NCBI RefSeq assembly: GCF_016903815.1
Contig: NZ_CP069973.1
From: Escherichia coli
GTDB taxonomy: Bacteria > Pseudomonadota > Gammaproteobacteria > Enterobacterales > Enterobacteriaceae
Reading direction: 5' to 3' (one strand)
DNA length: 64,000 nt
Positions within the stretch are counted from its first letter, which is position 1, and the number at the start of each line of letters is the position of its first letter. Of this stretch, positions 35,483-48,527 are shown one piece after another. The position numbers and the translations under genes are program-made. A model generated the notes under the pieces. The model worked only from the letters and a program-made list of their open reading frames with translations. It was not told where the DNA came from and did not search any database.

Positions 35483-36760
35483 ATGCAACACAACTCATAT
35501 CGCCGTTGGATAGCCCTCGCGATAATTAGTTTTAGCGGCGGCGTTAGTTTCGACCTGGCTTATTTACGTTATATTTATCAAATTCCCATGGCGAAATTTA
35601 TGGGATTCAGCAATACCGAGATAGGTTTAATAATGAGTACATTTGGTATTGCGGCCATTATTCTTTATGCCCCCAGCGGCGTTATTGCCGATAAATTTTC
35701 ACACCGCAAAATGATTACTTCCGCGATGATCATTACCGGATTACTGGGTCTGTTAATGGCAACATATCCACCGCTGTGGGTAATGCTCTGTATTCAGGTC
35801 GCCTTTGCGATAACCACTATTTTAATGCTGTGGTCGGTGTCGATTAAAGCCGCCTCATTGCTGGGCGATCATAGCGAGCAAGGGAAAATTATGGGCTGGA
35901 TGGAAGGGCTGCGCGGCGTCGGTGTAATGTCGCTGGCGGTGTTTACCATGTGGGTCTTTTCTCGCTTCGCTCCGGATGACAGCGCCAGTCTGAAAACGGT
36001 CATCATCATCTATAGTGTGGTTTACATCTTGTTGGGGATTCTGTGCTGGTTTTTTGTTAGCGATAACAACAATCTGCGCAGTGCCAATAACGAAGAAAAA
36101 CAGTCATTCCAGCTTAGCGACATCCTGGCCGTTTTGCGCATCAGCACCACCTGGTATTGCAGCATGGTGATTTTTGGCGTCTTCACCATCTACGCCATTC
36201 TGAGTTACTCCACCAACTATCTGACCGAAATGTACGGCATGTCGCTGGTGGCGGCGAGCTACATGGGGATTGTGATCAACAAAATCTTCCGCGCGCTGTG
36301 CGGCCCACTTGGCGGCATTATCACCACCTACAGCAAAGTGAAATCCCCTACCCGCGTGATCCAAATCCTTTCCGTACTCGGCTTGCTGGCGTTAACTGCC
36401 CTGCTCGTCACGAACTCTAACCCGCAATCGGTCGCGATGGGGATTGGCCTGATTTTACTGCTGGGATTCACCTGTTACGCCTCACGCGGGCTGTACTGGG
36501 CCTGCCCTGGCGAAGCGAGAACACCGTCTTACATTATGGGCACCACGGTAGGTATTTGTTCGGTGATTGGATTCCTGCCGGATGTCTTCGTTTACCCGAT
36601 TATCGGCTACTGGCAAGACACCCTGCCCGCTGCAGAAGCCTACCGCAATATGTGGCTGATGGGCATGGCGGCGCTTGCCATGGTGATCGTCTTTACCTTT
36701 TTGCTGTTCCAAAAAATTCGTACTGCTGATAGCGCCCCTGCTATGGCTAGCAGCAAGTAA
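35483..36760 (+). CDS. yqcE: MFS-superfamily transporter YqcE
   Basis: 425-aa multi-pass hydrophobic ORF; ATG start. Confidence 0.85.
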   Translation: MQHNSYRRWIALAIISFSGGVSFDLAYLRYIYQIPMAKFMGFSNTEIGLIMSTFGIAAIILYAPSGVIADKFSHRKMITSAMIITGLLGLLMATYPPLWVMLCIQVAFAITTILMLWSVSIKAASLLGDHSEQGKIMGWMEGLRGVGVMSLAVFTMWVFSRFAPDDSASLKTVIIIYSVVYILLGILCWFFVSDNNNLRSANNEEKQSFQLSDILAVLRISTTWYCSMVIFGVFTIYAILSYSTNYLTEMYGMSLVAASYMGIVINKIFRALCGPLGGIITTYSKVKSPTRVIQILSVLGLLALTALLVTNSNPQSVAMGIGLILLLGFTCYASRGLYWACPGEARTPSYIMGTTVGICSVIGFLPDVFVYPIIGYWQDTLPAAEAYRNMWLMGMAALAMVIVFTFLLFQKIRTADSAPAMASSK

Positions 36761-36786
36761 GTCCAGAAAATTACAGGAGAAAAATC

Positions 36787-38265
36787 ATGTCGAAAAAATA
36801 CATCATAGGGATTGATGGTGGAAGTCAGAGCACAAAAGTGGTGATGTACGATCTGGAAGGTAATGTGGTTTGCGAAGGCAAAGGCTTATTGCAGCCGATG
36901 CACACGCCAGATGCCGATACCGCAGAACATCCTGACGACGATTTATGGGCATCATTATGCTTTGCCGGTCACGATTTGATGAGTCAGTTTGCCGGAAATA
37001 AAGAAGATATTGTCGGTATTGGTCTGGGATCCATCCGTTGCTGCCGTGCGTTATTGAAAGCCGATGGCACGCCAGCTGCGCCGTTGATTAGCTGGCAGGA
37101 TGCACGCGTTACACGCCCTTACGAACATACGAATCCTGACGTGGCATATGTCACCTCTTTTTCGGGTTATCTGACGCATCGCTTAACCGGCGAGTTTAAA
37201 GACAATATCGCCAACTATTTTGGTCAGTGGCCGGTGGATTATAAGACCTGGGCATGGAGTGAAGATGCCGCAGTCATGGAGAAGTTTAATATCCCCCGTC
37301 ATATGCTGTTTGATGTGCAAATGCCGGGCACTGTTCTTGGGCATATCACTCCTCAAGCCGCTCTGGCGACACATTTCCCGGCTGGGCTGCCGGTTGTTTG
37401 TACCACCAGTGATAAACCGGTAGAAGCACTGGGAGCCGGGTTACTGGATGATGAAACTGCGGTAATTTCTCTTGGCACTTACATCGCGTTGATGATGAAC
37501 GGCAAATTACTACCGAAAGATCCGGTAGCGTACTGGCCGATTATGTCTTCTATTCCGCAAACCTTGCTGTATGAAGGTTACGGTATTCGCAAAGGCATGT
37601 GGACGGTGAGCTGGCTACGCGACATGTTAGGCGAGTCGTTAATTCAGGATGCCAAAGCACAGGATCTTTCACCGGAAGATTTGCTCAACAAAAAAGCGTC
37701 TTGTGTGCCGCCAGGCTGTAATGGTCTGATGACGGTGCTGGACTGGCTGACCAATCCGTGGGAACCGTACAAACGCGGGATTATGATTGGCTTTGATTCC
37801 AGCATGGATTACGCATGGATATATCGTTCGATACTGGAAAGCGTGGCGCTGACGCTGAAGAACAATTACGACAATATGTGTAATGAAATGAATCACTTTG
37901 CAAAGCATGTGATCATTACTGGCGGCGGTTCGAACAGCGATCTGTTTATGCAGATTTTTGCCGACGTGTTCAACCTTCCGGCACGCCGTAACGCCATTAA
38001 TGGTTGTGCAAGCCTGGGGGCAGCGATTAATACGGCGGTAGGTCTGGGGCTATACCCGGATTACGCAACGGCTGTCGACAAAATGGTTCGCGTGAAAGAT
38101 ATCTTTATGCCTGTTGAGAGCAACGCCAAACGCTACAACGCGATGAATAAAGGCATTTTCAAGGAGTTAACCAAACATACTGATGTAATCCTGAAAAAAT
38201 CGTATGAAGTGATGCATGGGGAATTGGGGAATGCGGATTCGATCCAGAGCTGGTCGAATGCGTAA
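36787..38265 (+). CDS. ygcE: FGGY-family carbohydrate kinase YgcE
   Basis: 492-aa ORF with N-terminal IGIDGGSQSTK sugar-kinase motif. Coordinates taken from the track; my base count placed the ATG 1 bp earlier. Confidence 0.88.
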   Translation: MSKKYIIGIDGGSQSTKVVMYDLEGNVVCEGKGLLQPMHTPDADTAEHPDDDLWASLCFAGHDLMSQFAGNKEDIVGIGLGSIRCCRALLKADGTPAAPLISWQDARVTRPYEHTNPDVAYVTSFSGYLTHRLTGEFKDNIANYFGQWPVDYKTWAWSEDAAVMEKFNIPRHMLFDVQMPGTVLGHITPQAALATHFPAGLPVVCTTSDKPVEALGAGLLDDETAVISLGTYIALMMNGKLLPKDPVAYWPIMSSIPQTLLYEGYGIRKGMWTVSWLRDMLGESLIQDAKAQDLSPEDLLNKKASCVPPGCNGLMTVLDWLTNPWEPYKRGIMIGFDSSMDYAWIYRSILESVALTLKNNYDNMCNEMNHFAKHVIITGGGSNSDLFMQIFADVFNLPARRNAINGCASLGAAINTAVGLGLYPDYATAVDKMVRVKDIFMPVESNAKRYNAMNKGIFKELTKHTDVILKKSYEVMHGELGNADSIQSWSNA

Positions 38266-38311
38266 GTGAGGAAGACCGGGCGGGAAACTGCCCGGCCTGA
38301 ACATACCTGAA

Positions 38312-38449
38312 TGGTTATCCCCGCTGGCGCGGGGAACATAAGTTCGACAACTTAAAAAATGATAACAAGTCCGGTTTATCCCCGCTGATGCAGGGAACAT
38401 AATAAAAACTTTAACTAGTTCGGTTTATCCCTGTTTTTACAAGGAATAT
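38312..38449 (-). CRISPR. Degenerate CRISPR remnant (three decayed I-E-like repeats)
   Basis: tggttatccccgctggcgcggggaaca (~38312), cggtttatccccgctgatgcagggaacat (~38372), cggtttatccctgtttttacaaggaatat (~38421); irregular spacing; AT-rich sequence follows. Confidence 0.7.
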
Positions 38450-38902
38450 TAACTACACTCGATGTCTTTAGAATAAAAGACAATACGAATCGCACTTTAT
38501 CAATTTTCACTTAAAGTATGAACTGGATATCTTTATTCATAAGAACTATTCATCAACAGCGTATAGAGGCGATTATGTAAAACCACTCATTAGCCTCAAA
38601 ACAAAGACAAATTTCCAGATTTATTACTTAATCAATGAATAACAAGCTTAAAAAATACACTGTTATTCTAAAGAAAAAATTAACAGGCATTAATTAATAT
38701 TAAAAAAATAATATGTTAAAATTTCTTAACGGTTTAAGGATTATACAAATAACACTTTGATTAAATTTGATTTTTTGTATCGATAATTGTGAACTTCTCA
38801 TATATGGAGAGCTATTTTGAACATGAGGTGTTACGTGGATATGTTGCTTAATACGAGTACTGCTAATATAAAAACTTGAGAAAGAGATAACGGGTTATAT
38901 GG

Positions 38903-39236
38903 TGGTTTATTCCCGCTGGTGCGGGGAACTCATCAGTGATATCCAACATTGCGGAGCTAAACGCGGTTTATCCCCGCTGGCGCGGGGAACTCTAATATCC
39001 CTGGCGATAATCAACCGGCTTACTCGGTTTATCCCCGCTGGCGCGGGGAACTCGAGAGCGAGGGGAGATTCCGGCAGGGCGTGCACGGTTTATCCCCGCT
39101 GGCGCGGGGAACTCGCGGGTATGCTCCGCTCCGTGTTCGACAAACTCGGTTTATCCCCGCTGGCGCGGGGAACTCAAGGTCGCGGGGACGCCACGGGCAG
39201 TCAATGTCGGTTTATCCCCGCTGGCGCGGGGAACTC
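38903..39236 (-). CRISPR. Second type I-E CRISPR array: 6 repeats (first degenerate), 5 spacers of 32 bp
   Basis: Repeat cggtttatccccgctggcgcggggaactc at 61-bp period, starting ~38903 (degenerate tggtttattcccgctggtgcggggaactc), 38964, 39025, 39086, 39147, 39208. AT-rich leader on the queE side. Confidence 0.95.
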
Positions 39237-39574
39237 ACTAAACATAACCTATTATTAATTATTGATTTTTTAAGTCAGTCACAATCTACCAACTTAACAG
39301 AAACACACAAACAACACATCCATTATGTTAAAGAGCACTTAATTCATTGATTGAAAAGCCAAATATTTAAAGTAATTCTATACCGACTAAAATCCACCAA
39401 ACTCCGACGTAATAATTTTCACTCCAACGAAAAATTAACGCCACAGAATTTGTAGAAAATGATAATGATTAGTCCAGGATGGGCAAAATGGAGGTTTTTT
39501 AGAGGCGACAAAGAATATAAATGAGTAGAAGTCTTTACAGGTTCCACCCATTTATAACGCTTATAAATGTGTAA
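39237..39574 (-). promoter_or_regulatory. Probable CRISPR leader (AT-rich) for the second array
   Basis: About 340 bp AT-rich between the newest repeat and the queE stop; same repeat orientation as the cas-adjacent array. Confidence 0.55.
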
Positions 39575-40246
39575 TCAGGCAATATTTAAATATTTATGTG
39601 TTTGCATCGACAAACGCCAATTACGCGCAATGCAGGTTTCAATGCACAAACGTGTGGCATCATCCTTTTGGCTAATCGGCTGCAGTGCAATGACTCGCGG
39701 TTTATCATCGGTCAGCGTCGCAAGCAATTCATCCAGTGCTTCGATATCACGTACGCGTCCAACTGGGTGTTTGATTTCGTTAGCTCGCTCCAGGGCTTGC
39801 GACAATACTTCATAACCACCACGCATATTTAGCTTTGGCGACACGGTGACCCAGGTATTCGGCGTACAACGCACTTCATGAGTACCGCTGGTTTCTATCT
39901 GGCAGCTAAAACCGTTCTTTTCGAGCAGGTCAGTCAGTGGCAGCAAATCATGAATGCAAGGCTCACCACCCGTAATCACCACATGCCGCGCGGTGTATCC
40001 CTGGCGACCAATGACAGCCAGCAAGTCTTCACTGCTCGCCGCCCCCCACTTATCACTCTCTTTGGTCTTCGCCAGAATGCTGAAAAGGGAGACTTCCCGA
40101 TCCTCAAGCTTTTCCCAGGTGTGTTTGGTGTCGCACCAGGCACAGCCAACCGGGCATCCCTGTAAACGAATAAAAATGGCGGGGACGCCGGTAAAGTAAC
40201 CCTCACCTTGCAGGGTCTGGAACATCTCGTTAATCGGGTACTGCAT
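39575..40246 (-). CDS. queE: 7-carboxy-7-deazaguanine synthase (radical SAM)
   Basis: 223-aa ORF with radical-SAM Cys motif (CPVGCAWCDT); recognised as QueE (ygcF). Confidence 0.93.
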   Translation of the reverse strand: MQYPINEMFQTLQGEGYFTGVPAIFIRLQGCPVGCAWCDTKHTWEKLEDREVSLFSILAKTKESDKWGAASSEDLLAVIGRQGYTARHVVITGGEPCIHDLLPLTDLLEKNGFSCQIETSGTHEVRCTPNTWVTVSPKLNMRGGYEVLSQALERANEIKHPVGRVRDIEALDELLATLTDDKPRVIALQPISQKDDATRLCIETCIARNWRLSMQTHKYLNIA

Positions 40247-40539
40247 AGCATTCTCTGTGAAGTGGATAATTGTTAATTATTGCAGATCCTGCCACAACAA
40301 TCATGTCTTATTAACATTCTGTTACAGGCAGGTTTAAAGAAAAATGAGAAACAGATCGTTAATAATAAAAGGGAGTAACGTATTATGTCAGAAATAAATA
40401 AAGTAAAGGGATTTAATCATGTCAAAAACATTCACCAAAATTATACTTATTTTTTCTGTGTTCGTTTTTAATTATAACGAATCTCAAATTACCGATGCCG
40501 CCGTCAATTTATTTATCCAGCTTTAATGGGACATTTATA

Positions 40540-41412
40540 ATGCGCTATTTCATACTAATATTCACATTCGTGTGTTCCTTTATTGCAGCCCAACCAACTA
40601 TTGTCCCATCATTACAGCAACAAGTTACGGATCTTACGAGTAGCTTAAACTCACAAGAAAAGAAAGAACTGACGTACAAGTTAGAATCTATTTTCAATAA
40701 TACCCAAGTGCAAATTGCTGTATTAATTGTTCCCACAACCAAAGACGAGACAATTGAAAAATATGCTACACGGGTTTTTGACAATTGGCGTTTAGGAGAT
40801 GCCAAACGTAATGATGGGATACTGATCATTGTTGCCTGGTCGGATCGTACTGTCCGCATCCAGGTAGGTTATGGGCTGGAAGAAAAGGTAACCGATGCTC
40901 TGGCTGGAGATATCATCCGTAGCAACATGATACCCGCATTTAAACAACAAAAATTAGCTCAGGGATTAGAGCTAGCTATAAACGCTTTGAATAACCAACT
41001 CACTTCACAACACCAATATCCGGCTAATCCTTCAGAAATTGAATCAGCGTCTTCCAGTGATCATTATTACTTTGCTATTTTTTGGGTATTTGCAGTGATG
41101 TTCTTCCCTTTCTGGTTTTTTCATCAAGGCAGTAATTTTTGTCGCGCATGTAAAAGCAGTGTCTGTATTTCAGCAATCTATCTTTTAGATTTATTCCTGT
41201 TCTCCGATAAAACTTTTTCCATTGCTGTATTTTTCTTCTTTTTTACTTTCACCACCATTATGGTCTTTACCTGTTTATGTGTACTTCAGAAAAGAGCATC
41301 TGGTAGAAGTTATCATTCAGACAACAGCGGTTCCGCTGGAGGCTCAGATAGCGGCGGCTTCAGCGATGGTGGCGGTTCTTCTGGCGGTGGCGGCGCATCC
41401 GGTCGCTGGTAA
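40540..41412 (+). CDS. ygcG: TPM-domain protein YgcG with TM segments and Gly/Ser-rich C-terminal tail
   Basis: Track ORF 40495..41412 trimmed to [10 protein letters not shown]..., about 290 aa; signal-like N-terminus, F-rich hydrophobic segments, tail [28 protein letters not shown]. Gene visibly low in GC. Confidence 0.8.
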   Translation: MRYFILIFTFVCSFIAAQPTIVPSLQQQVTDLTSSLNSQEKKELTYKLESIFNNTQVQIAVLIVPTTKDETIEKYATRVFDNWRLGDAKRNDGILIIVAWSDRTVRIQVGYGLEEKVTDALAGDIIRSNMIPAFKQQKLAQGLELAINALNNQLTSQHQYPANPSEIESASSSDHYYFAIFWVFAVMFFPFWFFHQGSNFCRACKSSVCISAIYLLDLFLFSDKTFSIAVFFFFFTFTTIMVFTCLCVLQKRASGRSYHSDNSGSAGGSDSGGFSDGGGSSGGGGASGRW

Positions 41413-41425
41413 CTCCACCATAAAA

Positions 41426-41449
41426 AATGCCAGCCCGAAGGCTGGCATT
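41426..41449 (-). terminator. Rho-independent terminator 3' of eno (also positioned 3' of ygcG)
   Basis: Hairpin aatgccagcc-cgaa-ggctggcatt with a T-run on the minus strand, about 23 nt downstream of the eno stop. Confidence 0.6.
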
Positions 41450-41471
41450 ATCAAATCAGATAAAGTCAGAC

Positions 41472-42785
<1,314 letters not shown>

Positions 42786-42856
42786 TCACTAGTTAAACTG
42801 AAACTCCAGACAAACAACGCGTACCCAGGGTACGCGTTGCCGTTCTAACTTTTTTC

Positions 42857-44509
<1,653 letters not shown>

Positions 44510-44721
44510 TTAGGTTGAAAAGACGATGGAATAACCAGGACGGGAAAGCAGTATACCCGAACATGACCTATGCCACAAACTTTCATTATCCCTCCTCTTC
44601 GCCAGCGCACTATTGAAATCAGGAGTGAGAAAATAGCCCCTTTGGGGTAAATGTTTTTGACGCAAATCAAGCGCTTGTCATTTAAAAAATGACACAAATC
44701 GCGCTTGACCACGTAATTCCC

Positions 44722-45513
44722 TTAGAGATCAATTTCCTGCCGTTTTACCTGTTGCCAGACTTCTTCCATTGTTTCGAGGTCAACACCTGTCATTTCCAGT
44801 CCACGCGCGGCAACAATACGCTCCACTTCGCGAAAACGACGCTCGAATTTTTCGTTCGCTTTTTGCAATGCGATTTCCGCTTTTGTCCCTAAATGACGAG
44901 CCAGATTGACCGTGGCAAACAGCAGGTCGCCCATTTCCTCCTCCAGTTTAGCCTGGTCGATAACAGCCTGCCGTGCCTCGTACATCACCTCGTCGATCTC
45001 TTCGTAGACTTTATCGACTACCGGACCAAGCGTCGTCCAGTCAAAACCAACGTTGGCGCAACGTTTCTGGATTTTTTGCGCACGCATTAAAGCCGGTAAA
45101 CTACGAGGAATATCGTCCAGCGCCGAATGCTGCGCTTTCTGCGCGCGCTCTTCGGTTTTGATTTGCTCCCAACGGGCAAGCACTTCACTACTGTTTTCGG
45201 CAGAACTGTCAGCAAAAACATGCGGATGGCGACGTTCTAATTTATCGCTGATCGCGGCGCATATATCATTAAAGTCAAAGCGCCCTTCTTCCTGAGCCAT
45301 TTGTGCGTAAAACACCACCTGGAACAGCAGATCGCCCAGTTCACCGCGAAGATCGTCAAAATCTTCACGGGCGATGGCGTCCAGCACCTCGTAGGTTTCT
45401 TCAAGGGTGTAAGGCGCAATGGTGGCAAATGTCTGCTCTTTATCCCACGGGCAGCCGTTTTCCGGATCGCGCAGGCGCTGCATGATGGTGAGCAAACGGT
45501 CGATTTGATTCAT
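44722..45513 (-). CDS. mazG: Nucleoside triphosphate pyrophosphohydrolase MazG
   Basis: 263-aa ORF recognised as MazG; downstream of mazEF. Confidence 0.95.
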   Translation of the reverse strand: MNQIDRLLTIMQRLRDPENGCPWDKEQTFATIAPYTLEETYEVLDAIAREDFDDLRGELGDLLFQVVFYAQMAQEEGRFDFNDICAAISDKLERRHPHVFADSSAENSSEVLARWEQIKTEERAQKAQHSALDDIPRSLPALMRAQKIQKRCANVGFDWTTLGPVVDKVYEEIDEVMYEARQAVIDQAKLEEEMGDLLFATVNLARHLGTKAEIALQKANEKFERRFREVERIVAARGLEMTGVDLETMEEVWQQVKRQEIDL

Positions 45514-45584
45514 TAGAATGTCCTGAAAATTGCGGGTCCGTCAGGTGGAAACCTGTGACCAGAATAGAAGTGAGTTAGTAACAC

Positions 45585-45920
45585 CTACCCAATCAGCACG
45601 TTAATTTTGGCTTTAATGAGCTGTAATTCCTCTGGGGCAACCGTTCCTTTCTTCGTTGCTCCTCTTGCCCGCCAGGCGATACTTTTTACCTGATCAGCTA
45701 ACGCTACGCCATCACGTTCCTGACCGGATAAAACAACTTCGAACGGATATCCTTTTGATTGCGTTGTACAAGGAACACACAGACACATACCTGTTTTGTT
45801 GTTGTACATGAACGGACTCAGGACAACAGCCGGACGATGTCCGGCTTGCTCGCTACCTTTTGTCGGGTCAAAATCAACCCAAATCAGATCGCCCATATCG
45901 GGTACGTATCGGCTTACCAT
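45585..45920 (-). CDS. mazF: Type II toxin MazF (mRNA interferase, ACA-specific endoribonuclease)
   Basis: 111-aa ORF ([35 protein letters not shown]...), recognised as MazF. Confidence 0.96.
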   Translation of the reverse strand: MVSRYVPDMGDLIWVDFDPTKGSEQAGHRPAVVLSPFMYNNKTGMCLCVPCTTQSKGYPFEVVLSGQERDGVALADQVKSIAWRARGATKKGTVAPEELQLIKAKINVLIG

Positions 45921-46168
45921 TACCAGACTTCCTTATCTTTCGGCTCTCCCCAGTCGATATTCTCGTGGAGGTTTTCCGGCGTGATGTCGTTGACCAGTTC
46001 AGCAAGCGTAAATACGGGCTCTTTACGCACTGGCTCAATAATTAATTTGCCATCCACCAGGTCAATCTTCACTTCATCATCAATATTCAGATTGAGCGCC
46101 TGCATTAACGTAGCCGGGATCCGCACCGCCGGTGAATTTCCCCAACGCTTTACGCTACTGTGGATCAT
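45920..46168 (-). CDS. mazE: Type II antitoxin MazE
   Basis: 82-aa ORF ([27 protein letters not shown]...), recognised as MazE; stop overlaps mazF start. Confidence 0.96.
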
Positions 46169-46245
46169 AACCCTTTCCTCAAACCGCTATCATATGTAGA
46201 TACAGTATATATCAATCTACATTGTAGATACGAGCTAATTTCGGC

Positions 46246-48480
46246 CTAACTCCCGTGCAACCGACGCGCGTCGATAACGTCTGGCACCTGATTGAGTTTA
46301 CCCAGCACGCGGCCCAGCACTTGCAGATTGTAAATCTCAATGGTCATGTCGATAGTCGCCAGTTGCTGTTTAGTGTCGCTACGGCTGGCAACGCCAAGCA
46401 CGTTCACCTTCTCGTTGGCAAGAATGGTCGTGATATCACGCAATAATCCACTGCGATCATTGGCCATCACCCGGACCACCAGCGAATATCCGGCGGAGTA
46501 GCTCTCACCCCATACCGCGTCAACAATGCGTTCTGGCGCATGGGAGCGCAGTTCCGCCAGTTGTTCGCAATCGGCGCGGTGTACTGAAATACCGCGTCCC
46601 TGGGTAATGAAGCCGACAATCTCATCTCCAGGAATCGGCTGACAGCAGCGCGCGATGTGGTGCATCAGGTTGCCGACACCTTCTACCACCACACGACCGT
46701 TATCTTTACTGCGGTTTTGCGGCGTATAGCTTTTTTGCTGAAGTTGCTTCAGCGCGGCGGCATCCTGCTCTTCGGCACTCGGCTTATTAAATTGCGATTG
46801 CAGGAAGTTCACCATCTGATTGAGACGGATATCCCCGCCACCAATTGCCGCCAGCAACTCGTCGACATCATTGAAGTTGTAACGCGGCAGCAGATGTTTT
46901 TCTGCTTCTTTCAGGCTGATCCCCAGATGTTCCAGCTCGTCGTCAAGGATTTGCCGCCCAGCCAGAATGTTTTTGTCACGGTCCTGTTTACGGAACCAGG
47001 CGTGAATTTTCGAACGCCCACGGCTGGTTGTGACGTAACCGAGGTTTGGGTTTAACCAGTCACGGCTGGGGTTCGGCTGTTTCTGGGTGATAATTTCAAT
47101 CTGGTCGCCCATCTGCAGCTGGTAGGTGAACGGCACAATGCGCCCGCCAATTTTTGCCCCGATGCAGCGGTGTCCGACATCACTGTGGATGTGGTAAGCG
47201 AAGTCCAGCGGTGTTGATCCCGCAGGCAAATCAACGACGTCACCTTTCGGCGTAAAGACGTACACCCGGTCGTCAAAGACCTGGCTGCGTACTTCGTCGA
47301 GCATTTCGCCGGAATCAGCCATCTCTTCCTGCCACGCAATCAGTTTACGCAGCCAGGCAATTCGGTCTTCATGTCCCGAACGTGCGCCGCCAGCTGCCGC
47401 GCCTTCTTTATATTTCCAGTGCGCAGCAACACCCAACTCTGCATCTTCATGCATCTGTTTGGTGCGGATTTGGATCTCTACGGTTTTGCCACCTGGTCCC
47501 AGAACCACGGTATGAATAGACTGATAACCGTTTGGTTTCGGGTTAGCGACGTAATCGTCAAACTCATCCGGCAGGTGGCGATAGTGAGTGTGCACTATCC
47601 CCAGTGCGGCATAACAATCCTGTAAACGCTCGGCGACAATACGTACCGCACGCACATCAAACAGCTCATCGAAGGCGAGGTTCTTTTTCTGCATTTTGCG
47701 CCAGATGCTGTAGATGTGTTTCGGACGACCATACACTTCAGCTTTAACGCCTTCAGCTTTCATCTCAGCGCGCAGATGACCGACAAACTCTTCGATATAG
47801 TGTTCGCGGTCGAGACGGCGTTCATGCAACAGTTTTGCGATGCGTTTGTATTCGGTCGGGTGGAGATAACGGAAGCAGTAATCTTCCAGCTCCCATTTCA
47901 GTTGTCCAATCCCAAGACGGTTCGCCAACGGCGCGTAGATATTGGTGCACTCTTTTGCCGCCAGTACGCGTTCATCTTCCGGCGCGTCTTTTACTTCGCG
48001 CAGATGAGCAATACGCTCTGCCAGTTTAATGACCACGCAGCGAAAATCATCGACCATCGCCAATAACATCCGGCGAACGTTATCGACCTGTTCGGAGGAA
48101 ACAGAATCGGTATGCGTCGCTTTCAGCTGGCGGATCGCCGCCATATCACGCACGCCGTGAATAAGGTTAACGACCGACTTACCGACGCACTCACGCAGCA
48201 CATCTTCGCTGACTACGTTGGCATCCGCCAGAGGGAACAGCAGCGCCGCCCGCAGCGTGTCAATGTCCATACTTAATGTCGAGAGGATCTCCACCATCTC
48301 AACACCACGCCACAATAACAGACTGGCATCCGGATGTCCCTGCGTCTGTTGCAGACAATACGCCCAGGTTTCGGCTAAGCACTCACACGACTTCTGGCTG
48401 GTAATACCCAGACTTGCGATCCATTTTTCCGGATCAAATTCACCAGCCTTATTGATATGTGCACTTCTTACCGCAACCAT
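46246..48480 (-). CDS. relA: GTP pyrophosphokinase ((p)ppGpp synthetase I)
   Basis: 744-aa ORF recognised as RelA. Confidence 0.98.
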   Translation of the reverse strand: MVAVRSAHINKAGEFDPEKWIASLGITSQKSCECLAETWAYCLQQTQGHPDASLLLWRGVEMVEILSTLSMDIDTLRAALLFPLADANVVSEDVLRECVGKSVVNLIHGVRDMAAIRQLKATHTDSVSSEQVDNVRRMLLAMVDDFRCVVIKLAERIAHLREVKDAPEDERVLAAKECTNIYAPLANRLGIGQLKWELEDYCFRYLHPTEYKRIAKLLHERRLDREHYIEEFVGHLRAEMKAEGVKAEVYGRPKHIYSIWRKMQKKNLAFDELFDVRAVRIVAERLQDCYAALGIVHTHYRHLPDEFDDYVANPKPNGYQSIHTVVLGPGGKTVEIQIRTKQMHEDAELGVAAHWKYKEGAAAGGARSGHEDRIAWLRKLIAWQEEMADSGEMLDEVRSQVFDDRVYVFTPKGDVVDLPAGSTPLDFAYHIHSDVGHRCIGAKIGGRIVPFTYQLQMGDQIEIITQKQPNPSRDWLNPNLGYVTTSRGRSKIHAWFRKQDRDKNILAGRQILDDELEHLGISLKEAEKHLLPRYNFNDVDELLAAIGGGDIRLNQMVNFLQSQFNKPSAEEQDAAALKQLQQKSYTPQNRSKDNGRVVVEGVGNLMHHIARCCQPIPGDEIVGFITQGRGISVHRADCEQLAELRSHAPERIVDAVWGESYSAGYSLVVRVMANDRSGLLRDITTILANEKVNVLGVASRSDTKQQLATIDMTIEIYNLQVLGRVLGKLNQVPDVIDARRLHGS

Positions 48481-48527
48481 CGTCCTCTCCTTTAGGGACC
48501 AGACCTGCCGAAATCGGCAAATCGTAA

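Noticed and set aside
38899-39350. Track ORFs 38899..39258 and 39081..39350 with recurring SPLARGT/FIPAGAGNS peptides
   Set aside because: Same artefact: open frames running through the second CRISPR array.
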